A DNA stretch of 64,000 bases from Planctomycetota bacterium (lineage in GTDB: Bacteria; Planctomycetota; SZUA-567; H5-PLA8), in NCBI GenBank assembly GCA_038227875.1, contig JBBRPR010000006.1, positions 32,001-96,000 on the forward strand, in the 5' to 3' direction. The notes under the pieces are model-generated. The model saw nothing but the letters and a program-made list of their open reading frames with translations. It ran no database searches and was not told where the DNA came from. The position numbers were made by a program, and so were the translations under genes. Each line of letters begins with the position of its first letter. The first letter of the stretch is position 1. Positions 19,274 through 28,431 of this stretch are shown here, piece after piece.

Positions 19274-19718
19274 CGAGTTTGACCGCGCCTTCGACGCACT
19301 CCTTGCCACCGCGTTTGACGAGTACCTTCGCAAGCAATCGGCGGCGTTAATCGACAATGAATCGACCAAGTGGCACTACGAATTGGAAACCTGCACATTT
19401 ACATTCAAACGTTTCTTCTTGTTCAGGCGGAAATTCACTCTCACGCCGATAGCCACCTACTTGCCATCCAAGTCAAGTTGGCTGTGGGCGTGGGCCAACG
19501 ATTCGCTCCCTCCGCTGGCGCGAGAACGCTCCGCGCGCATTAAAACGCTGACCGAAAAAACCAAGTACAAGATCTTCACCTCCCCGCAGTTCGACGTGAC
19601 GAGCGAAGAAATCGACGAACTCTGCGCACTCGCACTTCACCACCTGGATGGGAGTTCGCTGTTTAAGGTCAAGTCATCCGAACCCTGGCTGTATCTCGTG
19701 CTCCATGAAAATCCATGA
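19248..19718 (+). CDS. DUF6882-like hypothetical protein
   Basis: W.Y.LE.CTFTF...IATY...SSWLWAWANDSLP. Start uncertain (19200 or 19248). Confidence 0.7.
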   Translation: MRRHPEHNDEFDRAFDALLATAFDEYLRKQSAALIDNESTKWHYELETCTFTFKRFFLFRRKFTLTPIATYLPSKSSWLWAWANDSLPPLARERSARIKTLTEKTKYKIFTSPQFDVTSEEIDELCALALHHLDGSSLFKVKSSEPWLYLVLHENP

Positions 19719-19724
19719 ACACCC

Positions 19725-19772
19725 ATCGCGTTCACCCCGCCAATCCGCAATTTGAAATCCGCAATCCGCAAT
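19725..19772 (+). repeat. Direct repeat copy 2 (AATCCGC heptamer block)
   Basis: 44/48 identical to 18857-18904, 868 bp apart. Confidence 0.85.
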
Positions 19773-19805
19773 AATTCTGCACTCATTTCTCATAATTCTG
19801 AATTT

Positions 19806-19851
19806 CCTCCCACCCCCTTGCCCTCTATACTTCCCACCCCCCTGGTAAGTT
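19806..19851 (+). promoter_or_regulatory. Triple 12-bp-period CCC(A/T)C repeat followed by TAAGTT upstream of the WYL gene
   Basis: Cores at 19809, 19821 and 19833; TAnnnT at 19846-19851. Confidence 0.5.
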
Positions 19852-19873
19852 TACAGGAGAAAGGGAGGGAAGA

Positions 19874-20896
19874 ATGCCCGTTACGTCCCATGCCGGCAGG
19901 CTCCAGGCGGCGATGCAGATCCACCGCGAGATCCTGGCCGGCAAATATCCCAACGCCACGTCGCTCGGTAAGCTGCTCGGTGTCAGCTCCAAGACGGCGC
20001 GGTCGTACGTCGAGCTCACAGCCGATGTTTTCGGCGTCAATCCGCTCTACGACGAATATCAATACGGTTACTACTATCAGAACGTGCCCAAGGCCCCGCT
20101 GATTCCAAACCTGCGGGAGGAGGAGGTCGCGGCCGTGTTCCTGATCGAACAGGCCGCGCGCGATCTGACCGGGTCGCCGGTTCAAAAAGTTCTCGAATCG
20201 GTCCTGTCCAAACTGGCGCTGATGCTGCCGTCGAGTTGCAACGTCACTCTCGACGACATCGGCAGCGCGTTGTCCCTGCGCTCCGACCGGGGCGCATCCG
20301 TGGCTCAGCGGGATCAGGAAACGCTGACCACATTATATTCCGCGCTGCTGCAACGGCGCTGCGTCGGCATCACGTACGAAGCGCCGGGTCAAAAAGCCCC
20401 GACACGCCGGACGATCGACCCGATCCATTTGACCCGTTGCGAAGGTCAGTGGTACCTGGTCGCGTACTGCCACCTCCGCAAGGAGATCCGCACGTTCGTG
20501 CCGGCGCGGATGAAAAACGTGAAGGTGCTGAGCGAGAAGTTTGAGCGCCCCCCGAATTTCGATCCGCGCGAGCACTTCCGCACCGCCTTCGGCATCGCGG
20601 CCGGAAAGGACGTGCGCGAGGTCGCCATCCGTTTCGACGTCGCCGTGGCTGTGCTGATCCGCGAACGGCAGTGGCATCCAACACAGAAGCTCGAGGAGCT
20701 GCCCGGCGGCGCCGTACGCATGACAATCACCTGTTCTCAAGGAATAGAATTACAGGCGTGGATCTTAAGTTGGGGAGAGCAGGTGCACGTCGAAAGTCCG
20801 ACGGAGCTGATCGAAACCATCCGCCGCCGCCACTGGGCCGCAGCGGCAGGATATGCCGGGAACACGAATAAAATGGATGGCCTAACGATTGCTTAA
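19874..20896 (+). CDS. HTH-WYL-WCX transcriptional regulator (YafY/PafBC/DriD-like)
   Basis: N-terminal wHTH KYPNATSLGKLLGVSSKT; RTIDPIHL...QWYLVAYCHLRKEIRTFVPARM; WCX motif WILSWGEQVHVESP; GGAGG RBS. Confidence 0.92.
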   Translation: MPVTSHAGRLQAAMQIHREILAGKYPNATSLGKLLGVSSKTARSYVELTADVFGVNPLYDEYQYGYYYQNVPKAPLIPNLREEEVAAVFLIEQAARDLTGSPVQKVLESVLSKLALMLPSSCNVTLDDIGSALSLRSDRGASVAQRDQETLTTLYSALLQRRCVGITYEAPGQKAPTRRTIDPIHLTRCEGQWYLVAYCHLRKEIRTFVPARMKNVKVLSEKFERPPNFDPREHFRTAFGIAAGKDVREVAIRFDVAVAVLIRERQWHPTQKLEELPGGAVRMTITCSQGIELQAWILSWGEQVHVESPTELIETIRRRHWAAAAGYAGNTNKMDGLTIA

Positions 20897-20963
20897 TTTG
20901 GTCAACGTTAGTCGTTCAGAAGGTGGAGTCGATTTGAACGTCTCACTTACGAAGGAGGGTAGC

Positions 20964-21257
20964 ATGAACACCCATTCCGCAGTCCTGATTCAGGAAAACG
21001 TCGTCGCATTGAACGATTACGATATGCAATTGACCCTGGCGCTGATTGGCGACACCGCCGACGCGCTGCTGGAAAAGGCCGCTGTCGACCACGACGACAA
21101 CGCGCTTGACGAAGCGTGGGAATACATCGATTTGTATAACAAAATGAGCCAACGCACCGAACCCGAGATGCGTTCCGTCCCGAAGCCCGAACGCCGCCGC
21201 CATCAAGGTGTTATAGCCTCTGGCCGCGCGACGCCTCGCGCTTCGCGACGTTTCTAA
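20964..21257 (+). CDS. Small hypothetical protein (acidic helical core, basic tail)
   Basis: AAGGAGG RBS; directly downstream of the WYL gene. Confidence 0.65.
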   Translation: MNTHSAVLIQENVVALNDYDMQLTLALIGDTADALLEKAAVDHDDNALDEAWEYIDLYNKMSQRTEPEMRSVPKPERRRHQGVIASGRATPRASRRF

Positions 21258-21410
21258 TTCGAGCAGTAATTTCTTGAATATATCCCTGAGTTCGGGTGTT
21301 TCTAAATGTGGGAAACGAGACGTATGCGGGGTTCTGCGCGGGCCTCTGGGGAGGCCAACCGCGCAGCACGCACCCACCACTTTCGACCTGACAAGGGAGG
21401 TTCAAGTTTC

Positions 21411-21833
21411 ATGAAGTACGCATGGATTCCGATGTTCGTTCTGGCGTTGAGTGTCGCTGGCGTTTCCACCGTCAAGGCCGCCGAAGAAACCAAGGCCGCC
21501 GCCACGGCTGCGCACTACACCGACATCGAACATAAGGATTTGGTCAAACTGATCGAGGAAAAGAAAGTCTTCCTGATTGATTGCAACGGCAGCGAAACGT
21601 TTAAGGCCGGGCACATTCCCGGCGCGATCGATTTTGAAACGAAGGGTGCCGATTTAGCGAAAGTATTGCCCGCCGACAAGAGTGCCCTGATCGTCGCGTA
21701 TTGCGGCAGCGTCTACTGTCCCGCGTACAAGTCAGGCGCCGACGCCGCCGCGAAGCTCGGCTACACGAACGTCAAGCATTACGCCGGTGGATTGGCCGGC
21801 TGGCAGGAATCCGGCGAAAAGCTCGAAAAGTAG
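21411..21833 (+). CDS. Exported rhodanese-like domain protein
   Basis: Signal peptide; FKAGHIPGAI, VAYCGSVYC and YAGGLAGW motifs; GGAGG RBS. Confidence 0.9.
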   Translation: MKYAWIPMFVLALSVAGVSTVKAAEETKAAATAAHYTDIEHKDLVKLIEEKKVFLIDCNGSETFKAGHIPGAIDFETKGADLAKVLPADKSALIVAYCGSVYCPAYKSGADAAAKLGYTNVKHYAGGLAGWQESGEKLEK

Positions 21834-21946
21834 TTCGCCCGTTCCCCCGACCCGCCATCCCGAAATTCCTCGTGCTGAGTTCCGCGAAAGCGGCTCAGCA
21901 CGTTTTGTTTCGGGAGTTCGAACGTCCGCTTCCCCATCCGCCAACG

Positions 21947-22126
21947 CCGGCGCAGTCCGGCCAAAAGCGGACAAAACCGGACACGCGCGAGCGAAGCGAA
22001 TTCGGTGGGGCTGCGCGCAGCCGGAAAAAAGCGGACATTTCCGGACATGTCCGCCGCAGCCAGGGGTGTGCGAACCGGACATAAAACCGGACAAAACCGG
22101 ACAAAACCGGACAAAACCGGACACGC
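21947..22126 (+). repeat. Three blocks of 10-bp-period (C/G)CGGACAAAA repeats
   Basis: Units at 21947/57/67/77, 22021/31/41 and 22075/87/97/22107/22117. Confidence 0.85.
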
Positions 22127-22215
22127 TTTGCTCAGCAGGCGTATATTCGATAGGATTTATAGACATCTGCTGAGTTATGATGTTAAGCAACTATCGAACA
22201 TTTTAGGATCGCCTA

Positions 22216-23032
22216 ATGAAAGCTCTGTATGACTACGTTCTCATCGGGATGTGTGCGCCATTTGTACTCCTGCTGATCGCAGCGGGTTTGCGGAGTTACA
22301 TCCTAGGTGCCGTCTTCGCCGGCATTGGGATGCTCTTTGCATTGGGCGGAGTGGCCATCGGTTTTGCGGGGCTAAGAGAGGCCCATGACGTGGTCGGAAA
22401 CTTTGCCGCCTTTGCGGGGCTCTATGCCATTGTTGCGGTAGCCTGCTTTTTCTTTCGCCATTCGGTCCGCCCAACGAAGGAAGAGCGCCTCGCCAGGATT
22501 CGTCAACAATACAGCGACGAGCACTTTGTCCTGATGCCGTTTACTGGATTCCATCAGGACGGTGCCTGCTGGGAATGCGGCAACCCTCATGCACCGTTGC
22601 GCCAGTTTCGGTTGGTTCGAGTCGTCGTACTGCCCGTGGCAGTTGGCGGAGAATCTGTGACCACTCCAATTCCACTGTGCGCAGAACATTCTTCCTACAT
22701 GCACACAGTGCCGCATTGGGTTCGAATGCTATGCGGTCCTTTCGCGTTTCTAGTTCTAATCCTGCCGCTGCTCGTGTTTGGCGACTTCTTCGAACGTCAA
22801 TCCGAGACGTTCCGAAAAGTTGAGATACTGAGTTCCCTGGTCGGGGCGATTGCCTTCTATTTCTTCTGTTTTTGGTGGGCAAATCAGAAGCAGCACCTTC
22901 AGACTACGGACACTGGATCTGGAGACGGGAGTCGCTGTCGTGTATTTTCAGAACGCAGAAATCGCGCGGATGGCGCGCGCTGAACTCGAAGCTCAAGCAC
23001 AGCGAGAACTTCACGTCTGCACTACATTATAA
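22216..23032 (+). pseudogene. Multi-TM protein with CxxC...CxxH, probably +1 frameshifted near 22860-22900
   Basis: ORF 22216-22983 has a junk-like tail, while the +1 frame continues FRLRTLDLETGVAVVYFQNAEIARM to 23032. Confidence 0.5.
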
Positions 23033-23251
23033 ACATCAATGCTGGCGAATTAATTAACAGCACATTATGTCATACTAGTGTGTACATTATAAAATTTCTT
23101 TATTCTCCTATGAACTATTAGTTTTATTTAGTCGCACAAAACAACACACAAAGTTTTTTATGGATTGAACCTCCCGAAATTTCGAGCTATATCAATTGGA
23201 CGCAAAATCGCCTGCCCCGCGTGCCCCGGCATTACCTTTGGAGTTTCTTAC

Positions 23252-25894
23252 ATGTCGAACACCCGCCTCCCAATCCTTGTCTTTTCACTTTTGATCTCGA
23301 GCTTACTCACCGCGTCGAACTGCGCTCACGCCGAGTCTCCGGCGCCGATGCCGGCTGCGCTCAGTTCCGCGCCCGCCAACACGTGGGTGAAGGTGCTGGA
23401 ATTGAAGACCGGCGAGCGCGATCAGCCCGTGTTCGTCTTCGCGTCGAAATTCGGCAAGTTCGTCGCCGCCGCCGGCAACCAGGCCGACTGCGCCATCCGG
23501 CCGCGTCACTACGACACCGAGGAATTCGATCTCGCTCAGTCCAAGTGGATTAACGCCTATCCGCCCGGCATGGAACAAGGCCGCCCCGAGTCGGGACCGG
23601 TCAGCGACGAGTACACCAAGCAGCGCTCCGCACAAGGCGGCCATGGCGCCGAGCCCTTCTATAAGGATGGAAAGTACCTGCGTCCCGGTGTCGGCAGCCA
23701 ATGGAACATCGCCAAAACGTATGGCGAATACTGCTACGCCGCGGACGGCAGCAAGGGCGGCTCGATCTACGCGTACCTCTGGAACAAGACGCTCCAATAC
23801 GACGTCGCCGCGCGCACGTGGTCGGATCTGAATACTCCGCCGCGCACCCAATGCCGCATCTGGGGTTCGCTCTGTTACGACCCGCTCAACAAGGAAGTCG
23901 TTCACGTCGGCGGTGACGGCGGCACCGCCGACACCTCCACGTGGGTTTACAGCATCGACAAGAACGAGTGGCGCAAACTCGAATTCGGATCGCCCAAGTT
24001 CAAGGAACTCTTCGCCAAAGCCCATGACCTGTGCTGGCAGACCAAGACGCTGGTCGGCCGCTGCGCCGGCCGCCACGCCATCGCCGAAACCGCCGCGGAA
24101 AGCAAAGTCGATCTCAGCGCAGAAGCCGTCAAGCTCACTTCAAGCATCGAAAAGTTTGCCTCCGACATCAAGGCCACTGAATTGGCCGGCAGCGAAAAAG
24201 CCGCCGCACAGGTCGCGATCACGCGCCTCAATCTTGCGGCCTCCGCGCTCAAGACTGCCGGAGCCGGATTGAGCAGCGCGATCACGCCCGAGAAAATCGG
24301 AGCCACCCGTGCCGTACGCGAGACCATCGAGCAGGTCGTCGACGCGCTCGCTCCGGAACCGCCTGGCCGCGCACGCTCGCAGGCCGTGCTCAATCCCGTC
24401 AGCAACAAGATCGTGGTCTTCGGCGGCGATGGACTGGACCGCGTCCTCTCCGACACCTGGGTCTATGATTGCAAGACGCGCGTGTGGGAGCAGCGCTTCC
24501 CGGCCAAGGTTCCCTCGCCGCGCGCGGGGCATATTCTCAGCTGGCTGCCCGGCGCCAAACAGGTCGTCCTGGCTGGCGGCTACAACCGCCTCACGCTGCC
24601 GCAGGAAGTCTGGGTCTACAACGTCGACTCCAACGAATGGAAAGCCGTGCTGAATTGCCTGGTTCCCGACAACGGACCGAAGATCACCAACCGTGGCATC
24701 CAGGTCGGCGCCGTCTCCGATGGCGACATTCTGCTCTGCCCCAACGGCACCACCGTCTGGGGTGTCAAAGTCGACGCCGCCAAACCCGGCGCCGCCTCTG
24801 AGGGGGCGGTCGCCGTCGCGCCGGGCAGTTACGTCATCAACCCCATCGACCCGGCCACCTGGGAAAACGCGGCGCATTCCGATCCCGCCGCCGCTCGAAA
24901 AACGCTCAACGATCTTCCGGCCAATCAGTGGACCGCGCTCAAATTTCCCAAGTACGCGCCGGGCTCGAACAACCGCTGGGGCACCACGGCCTACGACACC
25001 GATCGCCACCAGTTCCTGTTCTGGGGCGGCGGACACTCGGCAAGCCACGAAGACGACGTCGATCACTTCAGTGTGCTCGGCGGCTTCTGGACCATCGGCT
25101 ACACGCCCGACGACCCGATCGAAAATGTCTACGCCGACCAGCCCACGCCGCTGAGTTTCCGCGACCGCTGCCACGTGCCGGTTCATGCTTACCGCGCCTA
25201 CGCCTACGATCAGACCGCTGGCAGAATGTTCTACCTGGACCGCGGCTACGACCCGCTGGTGCGCGATTGGGTCACGGCTCCTACGACCGGTCTGGAACAT
25301 CTCGGCCCAATGCATACGCACATCAAGCCTACACCGGCCGGCGCCGTCGCCTTGTCCACCAAGGGCTTCTTCCGCTTCAACGCCAAGACCATCACCTGGG
25401 CCAAGCTGCCGTGGAACGGCCCGCCGCCCGGCGATGCCTGGTGCGACGGCGTCTGCATGATTTACGATTCCAAGCGCAATTGCGAATGGATCACCTTCGA
25501 CAAGGAGATTCTCAAATACGATTTTGCCTCCGGAAACGTCGAGAAGCAGACGCCCGCCAAGCCCGCGTCACTGGGTCAATGGCTGCTGCCGGCTGAAGCC
25601 GTTTATCTTCCCGATGCCGATCTGATCCTGGCAATGACGATGATCAAGCTGAAGGACGGCCAGCTGCACAACTACGCGTTCGATCCCAACGATGGAAAAT
25701 TTTACACCGTCGACCTGCAATACAGCGACGACGGCAAGCCCGTGGCCTTCAAGGACAGTCCCTTCAGCTGGTCCGATGCGATGGACTACGACCCGGAGCT
25801 CAAGCTGGTGTTCCTGAACAATTCCAGCAGCTACAAAGTCTGGGCCTTAAAGTTCGATCGCAAGAGCGCGAAGCTGACGGAGCTGAAAGAGTAG
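23252..25894 (+). CDS. Secreted Kelch/beta-propeller repeat protein
   Basis: Signal peptide from MSNTRL; VVFGGDG..DTWVYD, PSPRAGH, VLAGG and FLFWGGGH motifs. Confidence 0.8.
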   Translation: MSNTRLPILVFSLLISSLLTASNCAHAESPAPMPAALSSAPANTWVKVLELKTGERDQPVFVFASKFGKFVAAAGNQADCAIRPRHYDTEEFDLAQSKWINAYPPGMEQGRPESGPVSDEYTKQRSAQGGHGAEPFYKDGKYLRPGVGSQWNIAKTYGEYCYAADGSKGGSIYAYLWNKTLQYDVAARTWSDLNTPPRTQCRIWGSLCYDPLNKEVVHVGGDGGTADTSTWVYSIDKNEWRKLEFGSPKFKELFAKAHDLCWQTKTLVGRCAGRHAIAETAAESKVDLSAEAVKLTSSIEKFASDIKATELAGSEKAAAQVAITRLNLAASALKTAGAGLSSAITPEKIGATRAVRETIEQVVDALAPEPPGRARSQAVLNPVSNKIVVFGGDGLDRVLSDTWVYDCKTRVWEQRFPAKVPSPRAGHILSWLPGAKQVVLAGGYNRLTLPQEVWVYNVDSNEWKAVLNCLVPDNGPKITNRGIQVGAVSDGDILLCPNGTTVWGVKVDAAKPGAASEGAVAVAPGSYVINPIDPATWENAAHSDPAAARKTLNDLPANQWTALKFPKYAPGSNNRWGTTAYDTDRHQFLFWGGGHSASHEDDVDHFSVLGGFWTIGYTPDDPIENVYADQPTPLSFRDRCHVPVHAYRAYAYDQTAGRMFYLDRGYDPLVRDWVTAPTTGLEHLGPMHTHIKPTPAGAVALSTKGFFRFNAKTITWAKLPWNGPPPGDAWCDGVCMIYDSKRNCEWITFDKEILKYDFASGNVEKQTPAKPASLGQWLLPAEAVYLPDADLILAMTMIKLKDGQLHNYAFDPNDGKFYTVDLQYSDDGKPVAFKDSPFSWSDAMDYDPELKLVFLNNSSSYKVWALKFDRKSAKLTELKE

Positions 25895-26003
25895 CTTTTA
25901 CCGATGCGCCGCTGACTTTTCGGCGCATTTTTTACGGACGCATTGTACTAAATACAGAACACATGTTCTTGATTTGAGACGACGAACTGGAGAGCCGAAC
26001 CAC

Positions 26004-28100
26004 ATGAGTCCACTCCGCGCCCTGCTCGCCGTTCTGCTCCTCGCCTGCGCCGCCGCACGCGCCGCAGAAGGCAAATCCGAAATCCTGGCGGAACTCGACG
26101 CGCCCGCGGCCAACGGCTGGCCCGACCGCTGGAAGGACGATGTCGTCGAGAGCACCAAGGTGGTCCATCCGACCGCCGGCACCTGCTATGCGTCGGCTAC
26201 CATCAAGGGCAAGCTTCCCGACTCGGGAACCGTGCTCGTCCGCATCCATTATTTTTCCGAAGGCAACGACGCGTTCACCATGGGCATCGGCGCGTGGGGT
26301 TCGCCGACGCAGGAAGTCATTCCGCAGAAGAAAGGCTGGCAGGATACGTACCTGGGATTTAACGCCTGCGTGTTGCCCGGCTTCGTGAAAGACGGCAAGC
26401 TGGCGCTGGTCTTCCAAAAGCCGCTGGCGAAAGGCGCCGGAATTTCGCGCGTGGAACTCTTCGTGCCCTCGCACGATGAACTGCTGACCGCCTACAAGAC
26501 CTTTGTGAAAGAAAGCACGGAAGAAGCTTGGAAACTGGCCATGGGCGGCAAGTTCACGTTCGTCGACGACTACGACAGCAAGGAACCGCTCAACCCCGCC
26601 GACGAAGACCAGAAGCGCGGCGCGATTCCATTTCTGCGCAGCTACGTGAAGTTCATCTACCCCGCCAGCGTCCCGACCAAGGAGGAACGCCTGACCAGCG
26701 CCGGCGTCCAGCTTCCGCCCGGCGAAACCGTGCCGCTGCAGCTGGCGATCAAGGCGCTCAAGGATTTTCCCGAATGCAAAGCCGAAGCCGCCGGCGCGCT
26801 GCCCAAGGGATTGAAGACCGACATCCGCTGGGTCGAGAACGTTCCCATCCGCACCGCCGGTGGCTCGACGTCGACCAAGTGGCACGTCCAGCCCAACCGG
26901 CTCTGGACCAGCGACATTTTCCCGACCTGCGCCGTGAAGGCCAACGACGCGCAGGCGTGGTACGTCCTGATCTCCGCCGCCGCGGACACGCCGGCGGGAA
27001 TTTTTCCCGTCAGCATCGCCATCAAGAACGGCGCCGAGACGATCCTGACGTTCACCGTCAAAGTTGAAGTGCTGCCCTTCAAACTTCCCAAAGACATCGG
27101 CAAGCGCTTCATCCTCACCGAAGGCCTCATGGTTGAAGACGAGAAGATCATCCAGGACATGGGCGAACACGGACTCAACGGCGTCGCGTCGTTCAACGAT
27201 TTTCAGCCAGTCTTGAAGAAGGCCGTCGACTTCACCGCGTGGGACGCCTACTTCGCGACGCTCAAGAAACACGGCATTGACCAGGCCTTCTACTGGTACC
27301 TCGGCAATCCCAAGAGCGGCAATGCCGTGATGGGCGACGTCGGCAAGGACGACTTCGTCAAGATTCTTCAAGGAATCAACGAACGCGTCAAAGACGGCCG
27401 CTACCCGAAGTTCTTTGTCCTCTCCATCGACGAAGCCGCCTCCAGCGCGCACGCCATGACCCAGCTCAAGGAACTCGCCGAGCTCATCAAGCAGCACGCG
27501 CCGCTGCTCCATTGCATGAGCGCCTCGATGGGCAGCATGGACAACGCGCAGAAATACTTGGGGACCATCGACGTTCTCGCGACCAACGGGGCCTATCCAG
27601 AAAGCAACGCCTGGTGCAAGAAGAACAATGTCACCTTCACTGTCTACACGTACGTCGCCGCGCGCGTTAAAGCCGCCGATACGCGGTTGGATTACGGCAT
27701 CATGCCCTGGCAGAGCGACGCGACGTTGATGAACGGCTGGGCGCTGCGGTGGTACAACGGCAACCCGTTCAACGATCTCGATTCGACGGCCTCCGATTGG
27801 TGCGTGATCATGCCCAACTGGTGCGGTGCCCCGATCTCGACGCCCAGCTGGGAAGGGATGCGCGAAGGGATCAACGACCAGCGCTACCTGGCGCTCTACG
27901 AACAACTGGTGAAGGACGGCAAGGCCGACGGCCAGCTCTTGCAGCAGCTCAAAGAAAAGGGCGCCGGCAGCACCACTGTCGCGAAGGAGAAAGTGATCGG
28001 CGACTCCGTCTTCGGCGCGAGCGCCAACAATGCCTCCGACCTCGAAATCGCCCGCGAAAAAGTCATCGCAGAGATCGTGAAGGCGGTGGGGAAGAAGTAG
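26004..28100 (+). CDS. Secreted glycoside-hydrolase-like protein (GH123/DUF4091-like C-terminus)
   Basis: Signal peptide; PGETVPLQLAI; SIDEA; WEGMREGINDQRYL. Confidence 0.6.
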   Translation: MSPLRALLAVLLLACAAARAAEGKSEILAELDAPAANGWPDRWKDDVVESTKVVHPTAGTCYASATIKGKLPDSGTVLVRIHYFSEGNDAFTMGIGAWGSPTQEVIPQKKGWQDTYLGFNACVLPGFVKDGKLALVFQKPLAKGAGISRVELFVPSHDELLTAYKTFVKESTEEAWKLAMGGKFTFVDDYDSKEPLNPADEDQKRGAIPFLRSYVKFIYPASVPTKEERLTSAGVQLPPGETVPLQLAIKALKDFPECKAEAAGALPKGLKTDIRWVENVPIRTAGGSTSTKWHVQPNRLWTSDIFPTCAVKANDAQAWYVLISAAADTPAGIFPVSIAIKNGAETILTFTVKVEVLPFKLPKDIGKRFILTEGLMVEDEKIIQDMGEHGLNGVASFNDFQPVLKKAVDFTAWDAYFATLKKHGIDQAFYWYLGNPKSGNAVMGDVGKDDFVKILQGINERVKDGRYPKFFVLSIDEAASSAHAMTQLKELAELIKQHAPLLHCMSASMGSMDNAQKYLGTIDVLATNGAYPESNAWCKKNNVTFTVYTYVAARVKAADTRLDYGIMPWQSDATLMNGWALRWYNGNPFNDLDSTASDWCVIMPNWCGAPISTPSWEGMREGINDQRYLALYEQLVKDGKADGQLLQQLKEKGAGSTTVAKEKVIGDSVFGASANNASDLEIAREKVIAEIVKAVGKK

Positions 28101-28170
28101 GACGAGCGTCTGAACGTCGACGATTGCCCCCGTGCGCGCGGAACAAATCAAACGATAACCTTTTTGAGTG

Positions 28171-28215
28171 GTGGCCCGGCCCAGAGCGTAGCGTCGGGCC
28201 GGGTCGCGCAGCGAC
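28171..28215. repeat. REP-like hairpin with GAGCGTAGCG core
   Basis: gtggcccggccc-agagcgtagcgtc-gggccgggtcgc, overlapping a second hairpin gtcgc-gca-gcgac. Confidence 0.55.
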
Positions 28216-28431
28216 AAGAAGCTCCAGGACAGACTCGTCCAATTTAAAAAATTTACGACTTCGCCAATTTCGCGAACAGACGTGCCCGCACTGCAACACG
28301 GAAACAGTCCACAATCGCAACTCCCAAGAGCCGAATTCCCTCCTCTTTTTTCGTTGACACGCGCTGTGGAATCGTCAATTATGCGAACACGTTAGTTGAA
28401 TACGTAAACTGTTAATCAGGACGCCCAATCC

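Noticed and set aside
21947..22126. Repeat array as a CRISPR array
   Set aside because: Units are 10 bp and tandem, with no unique spacers of 30 bp or more and no cas genes.
21701..22232. Several overlapping ORFs across the decamer repeats
   Set aside because: All frames simply translate the repeat (KPDKTGQNRT / SGFVRFCPVL), with no RBS or domain support.
13851..23200. Prophage or integrative element
   Set aside because: The region is patchily AT-rich and accessory-looking, but there is no integrase, tRNA attachment site, or structural or replication gene.
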